Below the pieces are notes generated by a model that worked only from the letters and a program-made list of their open reading frames with translations, did not search any database and was not told the origin of the DNA. A stretch of 27,917 bases of DNA from positions 1 to 27,917 of the forward strand of contig JAYODI010000009.1 of assembly GCA_038279365.1 (NCBI GenBank). Direction: 5' to 3'. The DNA is from Candidatus Latescibacterota bacterium. Lineage in GTDB: Bacteria; Latescibacterota; UBA2968. The translations under genes were made by a program, and so were the position numbers. Of the stretch, positions 1 to 7,956 are shown piece by piece (position 1 is the stretch's first letter; each line of letters begins with the position of its first letter).

Positions 1-2
1 TT

Positions 3-86
3 CGCTTGCAGGCAATCACACAGCTTCATGCTTTTTTACGAACATGGCAAGCCACCCTGCCACATTTCAAACCACACACAAATTAG
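3..86 (+). CDS. possible 3' end of a convergent gene entering from the window edge
   Basis: Open frame RLQAITQLHAFLRTWQATLPHFKPHTN*. Its TAG (84-86) overlaps the TAA of the minus-strand gene (83-85). Too short to identify. Confidence 0.3.
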   Translation, partial: RLQAITQLHAFLRTWQATLPHFKPHTN

Positions 87-613
87 CATGATTTGAGCAC
101 GCGCATCAAGCGGCGCACTTCAGACATTGAAGTATGCAATCTGTCCATCAAAGTTTGAGTAATCTGAATGGCCAGTTTGAACCCCAAATCGGGTTTCCGA
201 TGCACCACGCTCATCAAGTCTCCTCTTGTAAAGCACCATGCCTTAACAGGTTCCAGTGCCAGTACCGTTGCCGCACGTGGTTCATCGTCTAAAAGCGACA
301 TTTCACCAAAAAAAGCATCGGTATCCTGCGCATCCAGCACTGCAAGCTCCACATCACCTTGCGTGGCATCTTCCAAAATCACCTTAACCGACCCAGACTC
401 AATCACATACATTGCCGAACCAGCACAGTGCTGTCGCACAATGCATTCGCCGGGCATATAAAAACGTACATGCAAAAACTGACTCAAAAATGACAGTTCA
501 TTGAACGTCAGCATCTGAAATGGCCGCACTTGGGTCAGCAGATTTATGAGAGACTGAGGTTGTCTATTTTTAGGAGGGGGCAACGTGGCCCACTCTGGGT
601 CTGAGTAAATCAT
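83..613 (-). CDS. stand-alone cyclic-nucleotide-binding domain protein (no HTH)
   Basis: cNMP-domain features: 'GECIVRQ...SAMYVIESGSVKV' and phosphate-binding cassette 'FFGEMSLLDDEPRAATV'. Ends after a C-helix with no Crp HTH. ATG at 613 chosen; the ORF track starts at 637. Confidence 0.85.
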   Translation of the reverse strand: MIYSDPEWATLPPPKNRQPQSLINLLTQVRPFQMLTFNELSFLSQFLHVRFYMPGECIVRQHCAGSAMYVIESGSVKVILEDATQGDVELAVLDAQDTDAFFGEMSLLDDEPRAATVLALEPVKAWCFTRGDLMSVVHRKPDLGFKLAIQITQTLMDRLHTSMSEVRRLMRVLKSC

Positions 614-717
614 CAAATGGCCATTTGAGCAGTACAAGTTTCACGTGTATTTTGCCGCATAAACAAAGAATTACGGCCCACTCTCCGGGTTGTGTTTGAG
701 AATAATGGTACGACGGC

Positions 718-1064
718 CTATGAAACGACCTCCGATGAATGGTAGATTGCCGAACCCACATTATGCTTCCAGGACAATAAGGCACACTCAAAATCACTGG
801 GTTCGTCTTCTGGCAGATAAAATGAACGCTGGTCTTCATTCCAGTGAATACAAATCACGGTTTTCTCACCACCATCTTGAGATGCAAACATATCCACCAA
901 TTCTTGTGGGGCACCATCGGCATAAAATCCATGCATAGAACCTTCATCCCAATACTCAACATCCCAATCATATCCCAGTGCCCTAAAACGTGGGCAACCC
1001 ATTCTGACGCATTCATATGAGTCTTGACGATCTTATCATCCATCTGATATGAAATTTCATACAT
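718..1064 (-). pseudogene. frameshifted acidic hypothetical protein (~115 aa if repaired)
   Basis: ATG at 1064 has GAGG upstream and reads MYEISYQ...WVAHV. Protein-like sequence continues in another frame (RALGYDWDVEYWDEG...EVVS*) around the T4 run at 985-988. The 347-nt span is one base short of 116 codons. Confidence 0.45.
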
Positions 1065-1400
1065 GTCACGCCTCATGGCAGTCACGGGTTCGAGGTTTGA
1101 CGCAACGCCAGTAGTGGATAAGGGAATCATTTTTTTTCCCGTCAAAACATTTTCTGCATCAGGTGTAACAGGGAGATATCCTTTTTGTAACAAATCTTTG
1201 ATATACAATCGATTATAAATAAAAGGAAAAATGAGGCAACTAAAGCCCATCGAAAACCCCGCTGCCAACACCTGTAACCCTGCCCATTTAAAATCTTTGC
1301 GAAATACGGCAGGTAAAAATGCAAAAAACAGGGTTGTCCATGAAAAACCAACCTTCACATTCATACAAAATCCGTTTTGATTTTCAAGTTGGACTTTCAT
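855..1400 (-). CDS. DUF2628-like small membrane protein; true C-terminus uncertain
   Basis: 'VKVGFSWTTLFFAFLPAVFRKDFKWA...IFPFIYNRLYIKDLLQKGY' matches my recollection of DUF2628-type proteins. ATG at 1400 lies 1 nt after the cyclase stop. Confidence 0.7.
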   Translation of the reverse strand: MKVQLENQNGFCMNVKVGFSWTTLFFAFLPAVFRKDFKWAGLQVLAAGFSMGFSCLIFPFIYNRLYIKDLLQKGYLPVTPDAENVLTGKKMIPLSTTGVASNLEPVTAMRRDMYEISYQMDDKIVKTHMNASEWVAHVLGHWDMIGMLSIGMKVLCMDFMPMVPHKNWWICLHLKMVVRKP

Positions 1401-1401
1401 A

Positions 1402-2958
1402 TCATCCGCCAAAATCATGTCGTGTTGATTCATAAATCACTTCATATGTTTGCGAAGGAGCCTCCCGATTCTTCACATAAACATCCCCCAGAGACAGAGT
1501 TTCAAAACCTTTGCCCAGCAAGCTTTGGGTATATTCGCTGATCAAAATTTGATTGGGTTTTGCAATATCACACAACCGAGATCCCAAATTCACATGATCT
1601 CCAATCGCAGTATAATCAACACGCCTCTTGCCCCCAATATTGCCCAAAACCATCTCACCCGTATTGATACCAATGCCAATGGCGCCCATAGTAAAACCCT
1701 GTTGTGCAAAGCCATCGATAAGGCTTTTTTGTACGTGTTGCATTTTTATAGCCGCACGCACCGCCTGTTCTGCATGGTTATCGTAGAATATCGGCGCGCC
1801 AAAAATAGCCACAACCTGATCGCCAACAAATTTGTCCAGCGTGCCTTGAAATTGGAACACAATGTCTGTCATCGCATCCAAATGCTTGTTGAGCATCCGT
1901 GCTACCATCTCAGCATCCAATCCTTCAGCCAGTGTTGTAAACCCCCGAATGTCAGAAAATAATACTGTGGCCACCTGACGATGTGTTGCCATAAAGTTTT
2001 GTGAATTGCGATTGAGCATTTCTTGAATCACATCTTCACTGACATACTTTTGAAAGGTGTTTCTCAGCTTGTACTTGTCAAGGCTTTCAAAAATTGCGGT
2101 GTCCATTTGACTGGCAATGGCTTGCAAAAGGGCAATGTGCCTGTTGTAAAATGGCTCAGAACTCGACTTGTAAACACCCAAGACACCCAGTATTCTGTCA
2201 TCTAAAATCAAAGGCACTTGCAACAGGGAGCCCACCTGTTCTGTAACCCAGCTGTGCTGTTCAATTTCTCCGTTCTCCAATGTTTGTTTCGACAACAACA
2301 CCAATTCTTCAATGCTTTGAGCCGTTAAATTGCAGCGTGCAGACACACTGGCTTTGAGTTCCAAATTGTGACCATGCTCGTCAAACAAAAAGACAAGCCC
2401 ACCATCAGAATCCAAAATCCCGTTCACCTCTGCCAACACACTTACCAGCAAATCATCCAGCGAGTCAGATGCATCTCTCAGTTGGTCAATTTTATAAATG
2501 GTCTGCAATTCCTGATTCTTAATTCTCAAACGCTCTTCGAGATCAATGTGCTTAATGTTCGACTCGAAGAATTCCTTGATCATTGGCAACTTGAGCAATG
2601 CTTCGTTTGCCAAATGTTTGTCTTCAAATGCCAGCACAAGCGCACCTTGCAATTCTTCATTTACCAATATAGAAACCCCAACTCCAAATTTTCCTTCGGA
2701 TTGCAATTCAATCGCATGGGGCAAGTCAAACAGCGAAGCCTGCCGGACATACTCGCACACATCTATCTCTTGGGCCAATATCAAATCACCAAAATACATT
2801 TCAAAATCAAGCTCAAATTCGCGACCATTTTGCAAAAAGAGCATCCCACCTTCTGCCGATAAATCTTGCCCCAAAAGCGCAGTTGCTCCTTGCAAAAAAT
2901 CATCGACAGTATGCATTTGATCCAAGAGTTTGTTGAGTTTAATCAAACACGCTTGCAT
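1402..2958 (-). CDS. soluble class III adenylate cyclase with tandem GAF-like domains
   Basis: Motifs LFSDIRGFT, DKFVGD and YTAIGDHVNLGSRL give the two metal Asp, ATP-specifying Lys/Thr and transition-state Asn/Arg. GAF signature 'LLQVPLILDDRILGVLGV'. No TM segment. Start is ATG 2958 or GTG 3012. Confidence 0.92.
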   Translation of the reverse strand: MQACLIKLNKLLDQMHTVDDFLQGATALLGQDLSAEGGMLFLQNGREFELDFEMYFGDLILAQEIDVCEYVRQASLFDLPHAIELQSEGKFGVGVSILVNEELQGALVLAFEDKHLANEALLKLPMIKEFFESNIKHIDLEERLRIKNQELQTIYKIDQLRDASDSLDDLLVSVLAEVNGILDSDGGLVFLFDEHGHNLELKASVSARCNLTAQSIEELVLLSKQTLENGEIEQHSWVTEQVGSLLQVPLILDDRILGVLGVYKSSSEPFYNRHIALLQAIASQMDTAIFESLDKYKLRNTFQKYVSEDVIQEMLNRNSQNFMATHRQVATVLFSDIRGFTTLAEGLDAEMVARMLNKHLDAMTDIVFQFQGTLDKFVGDQVVAIFGAPIFYDNHAEQAVRAAIKMQHVQKSLIDGFAQQGFTMGAIGIGINTGEMVLGNIGGKRRVDYTAIGDHVNLGSRLCDIAKPNQILISEYTQSLLGKGFETLSLGDVYVKNREAPSQTYEVIYESTRHDFGG

Positions 2959-3071
2959 CGTGGTTCCCAGATTCAGAATATAGTTATCAGTCAAATTTAC
3001 CACCCCAGACACTTTCGAAAAAAAATTATACTTAACACAAAAACCCGCCTGAAACCTTTTTTGAAACAGGC

Positions 3072-3200
3072 TTAGTGAATACTATCTATACGGTCGGCTT
3101 CGTAGTTTTCAGAACCAAATCCAAGGATGAAAAAAATAAAAGGCAACAAAGCCAAACCCACACCCGGAATACAAAAAACAACAAGCCACCACACAGGCAT
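3072..3200 (-). CDS. 42-aa hydrophobic ORF resembling a compacted DUF5684 C-terminal part (not in ORF track)
   Basis: Hand translation MPVWWLVVFCIPGVGLALLPFIFFILGFGSENYEADRIDSIH*. ATG is 1 nt after the upstream stop (TAAgATG). Confidence 0.6.
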   Translation of the reverse strand: MPVWWLVVFCIPGVGLALLPFIFFILGFGSENYEADRIDSIH

Positions 3201-3201
3201 C

Positions 3202-5334
3202 TTACTGATTTGCAACAATTGAGCCAACAATTTTGTCTATGACATCCTTTGTCAAATCAACAAACGCAGATTGAAACTTCAAAGTTCCGAACCGAATTTT
3301 ATCCCTTGATTTGAGTTGCTCCAACTTTCTTTTTCCCACCAATTTTTGCGTATTCAAAGTATCACCCATCAAGGTCTTCAACGTGATTTCGACACCTGTA
3401 CGAATGGCAACTTGATTTTTGAATTGATTCTCATAATTGATATGAACATCTCCCAACCCCAAACGCCCCAGCACCACAACATCAGGTCTTCGAATATCTT
3501 GATAGATGATTTCGTTACTTCCCACGGCTTCAAATTGTCCCATCGCCAAACTCAAATCGATGACATCCTGATCCGAATCTCGAAACGCAGGTGGCATCAA
3601 ACGCATTTTTTTCTGAATCAGCGCGTCGTGAATCCATTCGGCCAGTTCTTCTGAAGTACATTGAAATTCATCTCGAATGTTTTTGTCAATAGGTTGGGTT
3701 GTTACCTGGAACAGTGAACTCGGAGCCTCGTTTTTCACACGACCATCTACCCATAGCTCATCCTGATCGCTCACAGATGAACCATTAGAAGCAACAATCT
3801 CACACAGCACATTTCCAGATGGCAAAATCCGTCGAACCAACACAACACCCGTTTGTACGTACACAGGTTCTAAGTCCCTCCCATCCAGATCCTGTATCAT
3901 ATCGCCTTTGTTCATCAGCATAAAACGATCACCCACAAAAACAGGATGATCAAATTTCGCACTGACAAATCCTTTGTTAGTGTTAATCTCCTGGACACGC
4001 CCCTTTAACCTTGCGGGTTGATAGTGTTTACCAATGTCTACAGCAACCTGCCGACACAGGTCTTGAAGAAGCTCTCGAAAAGCACCATCCAAATTGGCAT
4101 TTCGATAAGTCTTGTCGTCGCGCACGACAATTTTCTCAATTCGCTTGTAATTCCTTTGTAAGGCATATAGAAATTCGCGTGTCTTTCGGTCATAAAACTC
4201 TACTGCCAGACCTCCTTTGAGCAGATGCAATTGCCCTGCAGGAATGGCATGGACTTCATCTTTGAGATATGCCAAAACACCCCGCACAATGACATCGGGC
4301 AAAAGGCGATGCCCAATGGTCTCTGTTTGAGACAAAAAGCCCTTTTGTGTTAATGCGACCTGTGATTCCCAAAGCGGTTCCACAGACAACGGCTTATTGG
4401 CATTGACACCCACAAATATGGGATCTATGAATGCCAGCTCTGTTTCATTAACCAGATTGTCATGCAACCACTGCCCCATTTCTGCCGAAGTCAAACCCGA
4501 TATACTTTCTGGCAAAAACTTTGAATGCAACGACACTCCTGAGACCATAAAACGTGGCCCAGAAAAGCGATTCTGCTCTGCATTGGTTGCAAAAACCACA
4601 TCATCACCAACCACGGGCTGCTGATCTGCAACAACCTTTTTTCCAATGCTTATGCGATTCTGAACGGCTGTGATTTTATAAATGCCAATTGCTTCAGACT
4701 TATGTTTTACTTCGACAAGCGAGCCAACATGCAGACCATCTGCCTTTTTTAGTGTGAAAACCAGATTTTCGCCGTGAATGTCAACCACCTTGCCCTGGCG
4801 GGTATCTGGCACATAATCTTGTGCAACAGCTTTTAACAGATCGTGAACGACTTCAAAAAAGCAGGTTTGAAAGGCTTGCTCACGCTTTATGGCATCAATA
4901 GATGTTGTTTGCCAGGCCGTTCGCCCCGTCAATGACCGAACAAAAATCACTTCTCCCGATACCGGGTTGACAAACTCAACGCGCACCCCCACAGCAACCT
5001 GATCGTCAGGCCAAGCATAGCGCTGAATGCGGGTCACATCGGCGCGAAAAACAACCATTCGAAGAAACTGTGTTTCTTGAAACGAGCCTTGCATTACGTC
5101 ATCATCTTGCCTGAGTGCAAATGTTTTGCTTGTTTCAAAAACATCCCTAATCAGGTCTTGGACCTGCGCGACAAAATCTGGCCGGCCACAAACATTTGCG
5201 AAACTTTCATGAACAGATGCTTGCGACTCGTCTGCATATATTCCCACAAAACACACAGGTTTCGGATTGGCATAGGCACCCGTTGCAAAGACCAGCATAA
5301 AGCATGTGGAACAGAAAGCGAGAAATTGGAGCAT
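3202..5334 (-). CDS. secreted 710-aa protein with repeated CsgG/TolB_N-like and FlgT C-terminal-like modules
   Basis: Long ORF with a signal peptide ending AYA-N and visible internal repeats (TSAEMGQWLHDNL / TSEELAEWIHDAL; PDVIVRGVL / PDVVVLGRL). Domain naming is inference. Confidence 0.7.
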   Translation of the reverse strand: MLQFLAFCSTCFMLVFATGAYANPKPVCFVGIYADESQASVHESFANVCGRPDFVAQVQDLIRDVFETSKTFALRQDDDVMQGSFQETQFLRMVVFRADVTRIQRYAWPDDQVAVGVRVEFVNPVSGEVIFVRSLTGRTAWQTTSIDAIKREQAFQTCFFEVVHDLLKAVAQDYVPDTRQGKVVDIHGENLVFTLKKADGLHVGSLVEVKHKSEAIGIYKITAVQNRISIGKKVVADQQPVVGDDVVFATNAEQNRFSGPRFMVSGVSLHSKFLPESISGLTSAEMGQWLHDNLVNETELAFIDPIFVGVNANKPLSVEPLWESQVALTQKGFLSQTETIGHRLLPDVIVRGVLAYLKDEVHAIPAGQLHLLKGGLAVEFYDRKTREFLYALQRNYKRIEKIVVRDDKTYRNANLDGAFRELLQDLCRQVAVDIGKHYQPARLKGRVQEINTNKGFVSAKFDHPVFVGDRFMLMNKGDMIQDLDGRDLEPVYVQTGVVLVRRILPSGNVLCEIVASNGSSVSDQDELWVDGRVKNEAPSSLFQVTTQPIDKNIRDEFQCTSEELAEWIHDALIQKKMRLMPPAFRDSDQDVIDLSLAMGQFEAVGSNEIIYQDIRRPDVVVLGRLGLGDVHINYENQFKNQVAIRTGVEITLKTLMGDTLNTQKLVGKRKLEQLKSRDKIRFGTLKFQSAFVDLTKDVIDKIVGSIVANQ

Positions 5335-5355
5335 TGTTCTATTTCAGTTTAAAAT

Positions 5356-5541
5356 TCATGTTGTTGCCTGTTTGCTTTGCTCTTCTAAGTCAAACAGTTC
5401 AAACCCTTTGAGCATAGATACCGCATCGAAAATTCCATCAAGCAATGTTTCGCCGCTTCCCTTAAATGCCCCATCTATTTCCAAACGCCCCAAATCAGCA
5501 TAATGCCCTGCTTAAGAAATATCGAACGCACAAATTTTCAT
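5356..5541 (-). pseudogene. short interrupted ORF or gene relic
   Basis: MKICAFDIS*AGHYADLGRLEIDGAFKGSGETLLDGIFDAVSMLKGFELFDLEEQSKQATT*, with an in-frame TAA at codon 10. The tail looks protein-like. Confidence 0.35.
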
Positions 5542-5616
5542 TAACTCGCAATATTGAGACCAATTCAACAAAAAAATAAAAAGTGATTTAAAAACAATTA
5601 TTTAAAAAAATTCGAG

Positions 5617-5682
5617 GTGCAAAACATTGCACAAAGGTGCAAAAATAATCGCCCATTGCACACCTGTGCAATGGGCGATTAT
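5617..5682. promoter_or_regulatory. array of GTGCAA/TTGCAC half-sites plus an 18-bp perfect inverted repeat in a divergent intergenic region
   Basis: GTGCAA at 5617, 5637 and 5666; TTGCAC at 5627 and 5656. Inverted repeat ATAATCGCCCATTGCACA-cc-TGTGCAATGGGCGATTAT at 5645-5682. The regulatory role is inferred. Confidence 0.55.
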
Positions 5683-5843
5683 ACAAAAGCGTAACCGGCA
5701 CTTGACATTCACTGAAAGTTTGTAGATTTGAAAGAAATAATTTTGCAAGACATCTTGAAAAACTTACGTTGCATGAGAAACAAAAATCGTGCCTATCAAG
5801 AAATGTCTGGCATTGACAAAAACCCTTTGAGTGAGGAAAATAA

Positions 5844-6038
5844 ATGTTTCAAACTATGGACAAATTCTTTCTTTTTGCAGCATTTGCCAGCTTTGTAGGC
5901 AGCGTCAGTTTGTGGTTTTTGGTTAACCATGACTATGGCATATTTGTGGGCATTTGGGTACCCAGCATTCTTGCACTGTGGACAGGCATCCGAATCTGTC
6001 TGCTTGATTTCACGCGTGACATATCAGGAAAGGAGTAA
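5844..6038 (+). CDS. small two-TM membrane protein
   Basis: GAGG SD upstream; two hydrophobic segments including 'GIFVGIWVPSILAL'; first gene of a tightly packed run. Confidence 0.8.
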   Translation: MFQTMDKFFLFAAFASFVGSVSLWFLVNHDYGIFVGIWVPSILALWTGIRICLLDFTRDISGKE

Positions 6039-6040
6039 CG

Positions 6041-6196
6041 ATGTCTTTTTTACAGCCAGTACTCCTGATCTTCCTTTTTGGTGTTTTCATTTCTGCAATT
6101 GTATACATTGGCATATTGAAGGCATTTCTCCTACAAAGAAGCAGAATGCTTGAACAACAACTTTTGAGCAATACACCTGTCAACAAGAGCGTTTGA
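6041..6196 (+). CDS. 51-aa single-TM protein (not in ORF track)
   Basis: AGGAG at 6031-6035. Translation MSFLQPVLLIFLFGVFISAIVYIGILKAFLLQRSRMLEQQLLSNTPVNKSV*. Gaps of 2 nt and 1 nt to its neighbours. Confidence 0.8.
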   Translation: MSFLQPVLLIFLFGVFISAIVYIGILKAFLLQRSRMLEQQLLSNTPVNKSV

Positions 6197-6197
6197 T

Positions 6198-6560
6198 ATG
6201 AAAACAACAATTCTAATGAGCGGCATCTTCTTGATCATAATGGGATTGGTTGGATATTTCGTATTGGGTGCTGAAAGTGTAACGGCATTGATACCTACTT
6301 TTTGGGGCTTACCATTATTGTCACTTTATCTGATAGGTCAATACGATGAACGCCTTAAAAAAACAACACGTATCGTTGGTTTGGTATTGATGCTTCTGGG
6401 AGCTGGAGGCTCGATTGGTGGTATATTCAAAGTCATTCAATTTCTATCTGGTGAAACATTGGCAAGACCGGGTGCAACACTTATGCAATCACTGATGTTT
6501 ATCATCTGCATCAATTATATCCGAATGGCCATCAAAGAACTGAGACAACGACGCACATAG
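6198..6560 (+). CDS. hypothetical four-TM membrane protein
   Basis: 120 aa, four hydrophobic stretches, 'SVTALIPTFWG' motif; starts 1 nt after the previous stop. Confidence 0.8.
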   Translation: MKTTILMSGIFLIIMGLVGYFVLGAESVTALIPTFWGLPLLSLYLIGQYDERLKKTTRIVGLVLMLLGAGGSIGGIFKVIQFLSGETLARPGATLMQSLMFIICINYIRMAIKELRQRRT

Positions 6561-6568
6561 CCTTATAA

Positions 6569-6881
6569 GACTCAATCGCGGCATCTAAAGCAGGTATCAA
6601 TGGATTGGTTCTATCAGCATCGGCCACATATGCACGCCACAAAATTCGATTCAATGCGGTAGCACCAGGTTTGGTACGCACACCACTCACAGAAAAAATC
6701 ATATCGAATGAATGATCTTTAATGAGTTCTGTGGCAATGCACGCATTGGGGCGCATTGGAAGAACCCAACGACATTGCACACGCCATCGCTTGGCTCTTA
6801 GAACACAACCAAAGCTGGATCACTGGACAGATTTTAGGCGTTGACAATGGTTTGGCAAACATAAAAACAAAACCTCATTAA
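6569..6881 (+). pseudogene. C-terminal half of a short-chain dehydrogenase/reductase, disrupted
   Basis: SIAASKAGINGLVLSASATYA..IRFNAVAPGLVRTPLT..NE* (TGA 6713-6715) ..HALGRIG, then a +1 shift near 6761, then EPNDIAHAIAWLL..SWITGQILGVDNGL. The Rossmann N-terminal half is absent. Confidence 0.88.
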
Positions 6882-6909
6882 ACAAGCAAGAAAAAAGGTT
6901 CTGTAAAAG

Positions 6910-7365
6910 ATGATTTTGAATATATCGCACTCTAAAAAAGAGATTTGCGAAAAGATTCTTAGAGAGGTAGGCAAAGACCTTTCAATATTCAACCGTATTC
7001 GCTTGGGAGGCAAAAAATCACAAAATTTTGTCATTGTAGAAGCAAGCAATAATCTGAAGAGGTTGCTCCTACAAGATAACCAAACCAATTCCTGCAAAAT
7101 TGAATTGCGTGAATACGGTATTATTTTGCATTTCAGAAACAGGTCAAGCACCTATGTTTGGGTGATTCCCTACTATTTGCTCAGTATTTTTAAAAACGAT
7201 AAACACGTCTCCCTATTTGCCGAAGGAGAATTTGTCAGATTAATGCCTGAAAATAGTGCTTCTTTGAATTATCGATTCTTAAAGAAACTTCAAAAACAGA
7301 AATCAAAGCAATATAACCTGCTGGAATGCTACACCAATGAAGAAAGATACACGCGATCGCATTAG
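6910..7365 (+). CDS. conserved hypothetical basic protein (resembles a Bacteroidota family)
   Basis: 151-aa ORF. 'CKIELREYGIILHFRNRSSTYVWVIPYY' resembles hypothetical proteins I recall from Flavobacteria; not verified. Confidence 0.7.
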   Translation: MILNISHSKKEICEKILREVGKDLSIFNRIRLGGKKSQNFVIVEASNNLKRLLLQDNQTNSCKIELREYGIILHFRNRSSTYVWVIPYYLLSIFKNDKHVSLFAEGEFVRLMPENSASLNYRFLKKLQKQKSKQYNLLECYTNEERYTRSH

Positions 7366-7696
7366 ATGATCAGCTATTGATCAAAAATTCAGTCGATAGA
7401 CTTTTTCAATTTGATCAACAGCATGGATGAGATATAAACCAGCTAATCTGATAAGACCCCAGTTAGAATTAGGAAATCCGAACCTCACCATCATCAGTTC
7501 TATAGTTAACCGTAGTTCTACCCATTATTGATTTCTTTATACAACACCCCAATACAATTCGTCGTGATCCCTAAGAAAATCTCCACAAAATAGGGTAACT
7601 TCATTTTCTAAGCAATAATCCTATAGCAAGCCCATCATACAGTTCAAACCAATAGAACGCCTAATCCAAAATGTCACCAATATACCCCCCTCCAAC

Positions 7697-7739
7697 AAAA
7701 AATGGGTTACGACATAAATGTCGTAACCCATTTTTTTTT
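7697..7739. terminator. bidirectional intrinsic terminator immediately 3' of tRNA-Thr
   Basis: AAAAAATGGGTTACGACAT-aa-ATGTCGTAACCCATTTTTTTTT: perfect stem with A/T tracts on both sides. Confidence 0.9.
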
Positions 7740-7740
7740 A

Positions 7741-7816
7741 TGGAGCCGTCCAGCGGATTCGAACCGCTGACCGCCTGATTACAAATCAGGTGCTCTACCA
7801 GCTGAGCTAGGACGGC
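7741..7816 (-). tRNA. tRNA-Thr (anticodon UGU)
   Basis: GCCGTCCTAGCTCAGCTGGTAGAGCACCTGATTTGTAATCAGGCGGTCAGCGGTTCGAATCCGCTGGACGGCTCCA: 76 nt, cloverleaf, TTCGA T-loop, encoded CCA. Confidence 0.97.
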
Positions 7817-7825
7817 GTGGGGTCA

Positions 7826-7854
7826 AAGATATATAATCACTTAATTTTTGGCAA
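7826..7854 (-). promoter_or_regulatory. sigma70-type promoter for tRNA-Thr
   Basis: TTGCCA-N17-TATCTT, ending 9 nt before the mature 5' end. Confidence 0.65.
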
Positions 7855-7861
7855 CCAAAAA

Positions 7862-7904
7862 CGCAATCCGGCCCCAAAGCAAGATGGCTTTGAGGCCGGA
7901 TGCG
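7862..7904 (-). terminator. hairpin downstream of the 41-aa ORF, probable terminator
   Basis: Minus strand ATCCGGCCTCAAAGC-catctt-GCTTTGGGGCCGGAT (one G-U pair), followed by TGCGTTTTT. Confidence 0.65.
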
Positions 7905-7956
7905 GGCGCGGGCATCGGCAGGGAGGGCGCCAATGCCAAAATAAGGGTCAAATCAA

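Noticed and set aside
83-3012. Pycsar-type anti-phage system (cyclase plus cNMP effector)
   Set aside because: The cyclase has canonical adenine-specifying residues and GAF inputs, and the cNMP protein has no TIR or TM effector domain.
5702-5728. sigma70 promoter TTGACA...TAGATT for the small-gene operon
   Set aside because: The spacer is only 15 nt, so it cannot be supported.
7366-7690. Possible decayed coding sequence on the minus strand (e.g. DYCLENEVTLFCGDFLRDHDELYWGVV)
   Set aside because: The fragments are short and broken by stops, and no family is confidently recognisable.
5520-7816. Integrative element at tRNA-Thr
   Set aside because: No integrase is present, I saw no duplicate of the tRNA 3' end, and the native terminator directly abuts the tRNA.
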